In this document: piece by piece, positions 62,716 to 64,000 of the stretch | Position numbering within the stretch: the first letter of the stretch is position 1 | Layout of the letters: each line of letters starts with the position of its first letter | DNA from: Hydrolagus colliei | Lineage: Eukaryota | DNA: 64,000 nucleotides | Reading direction: 5' to 3' | NCBI GenBank assembly: GCA_035084275.1 | Contig: CM068743.1 | Coordinates: forward strand, 104,656,001-104,720,000 | Position numbers and translations under genes: made by a program | Notes under the pieces: generated by a model | The model's database searches: none | The model's input: only the letters and a program-made list of their open reading frames with translations | What the model was told of the DNA's origin: nothing

Positions 62716-64000
62716 GTAAGTTGTTGAAAGTACAGTAGGATTATAGTATTACATATCTTCTGTTTTGAAGCCAAATGAATTCAAAACAAGGTATGAGGTT
62801 TCAATAATTTATTCTACTATACATCACTATTACATTGCAATATTATTAATCCATTATAGGATTATTTTAAATATTTTTCATAGGTAGCTGTAACTCCACA
62901 AAGACAATAATACTGCTGTGGAAGACTAGGGGAGAAGAAAAGCTGCTGTATTTATTTACAATTCACGTTTCAAGTCTGTAAACATTCAGGCTACATCCTA
63001 ACGAGGTTACAGAACATTAGGCAAAAATAAGGAGAGAATTGGTGTTCTGTATTTTCACACTTAGCATAAACATAGTAATAAAGAACATTAATATGCTCTT
63101 CTGAATTGCAGCAAGCTCTCTCCCAACAGTCCATAACCTCAAATAAACCCCAAATGTACTGTACAGAAATTGCTTGCAACTAAACCCAACAAATTTACTG
63201 GCCCTTGTGTTCAATTCTATCATAATTCATCAAAGTGCTATAAGCAACTCACCAATCCACTTTTTTTTAATGTGAAGAACTACTACATTTTAAACTTTAA
63301 TTTACAGGATAATATACAATGCATCTGGAACAGCTGGATTTTCAGCACGAAGAAAGTCACTGTCACACCCAGAACAGGAATATTGTTTTGTAAAACGTAC
63401 ATTAATCAGTTTCAGACATGACTAAATACAGAGAAAACCATTGCATTCTGAAACGGTTCTGTTGATTTATAAGGGTTGCCACAATGGGTTTCACTCATTT
63501 CCTCAGGAGACAGGAACATCTGGTATATATTGGATGTCAATTGTTTGAGGTCACGACAGTAATCTGCATATTCCACAAATCTACAAAATTATCCTACCAC
63601 CTACAGTATCTATGCTACTCTGCTGTACAGCTGGTCTGAGCTGCACTCACAATGTACACCCATTGACAGACAGCACAACTATGGGTAATTCAGTATGTGC
63701 TTGGGGTTTGGTGTGCTATGAAGCTTAACAGTAGGATAAATAGAACCAATAAATATGTTATACGCTTCACTTTTGCAGGAAGCTACATTGTTAATATTTT
63801 TCAAAAATAACCTGCAATTATTCCGTTGAGACATCTATCCAGCAATACATACAGCAACACAAAGCTCTGTTGTAATATTTCTATTTCTTTTGTTGGTATT
63901 CCAATAACAAAACATAGGGAACACCTATGCTCTGAACTCCTTACAGAAAGCCTGCAGATGTGGAGTGATCCCAGCTGCTTTCAGTCATCAATCCCAAAAG

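Overview
AT-rich, repeat-dense vertebrate genomic DNA. The repeat content (Deu-type tRNA-SINEs, CR1 and L2 LINEs, Penelope-like fragments) points to a cartilaginous fish (shark or chimaera); this is an inference. Two protein-coding genes lie on the + strand. The first is TMEM67/meckelin or a divergent paralog: 27 GT-AG coding exons equivalent to human exons 2-28 (1989-33188, 2771 coding nt, frame intact), with exon 1 upstream of the window. The second is an ABRA/STARS-like gene with an uninterrupted CDS (56574-57761, 395 aa). The rest is mostly transposon-derived: more than 20 full or partial tRNA-SINE copies, CR1 3' ends, L2 remnants including a near full-length EN+RT ORF2 (about 50975-53850), Tigger-like MITEs with TA target-site duplications (TSDs) and a young non-autonomous hAT family with 8-bp TSDs. 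The most notable items are an apparently intact minimal hammerhead ribozyme in a Penelope-like repeat (20-58, - strand), the intronless ABRA beside a divergent TMEM67, a 156-bp inverted duplication, a decayed duplicate of TMEM67 exon 12, two perfect hairpins and a three-level nested insertion. Comparisons with human proteins and repeat families are from memory, and most repeat boundaries are approximate.
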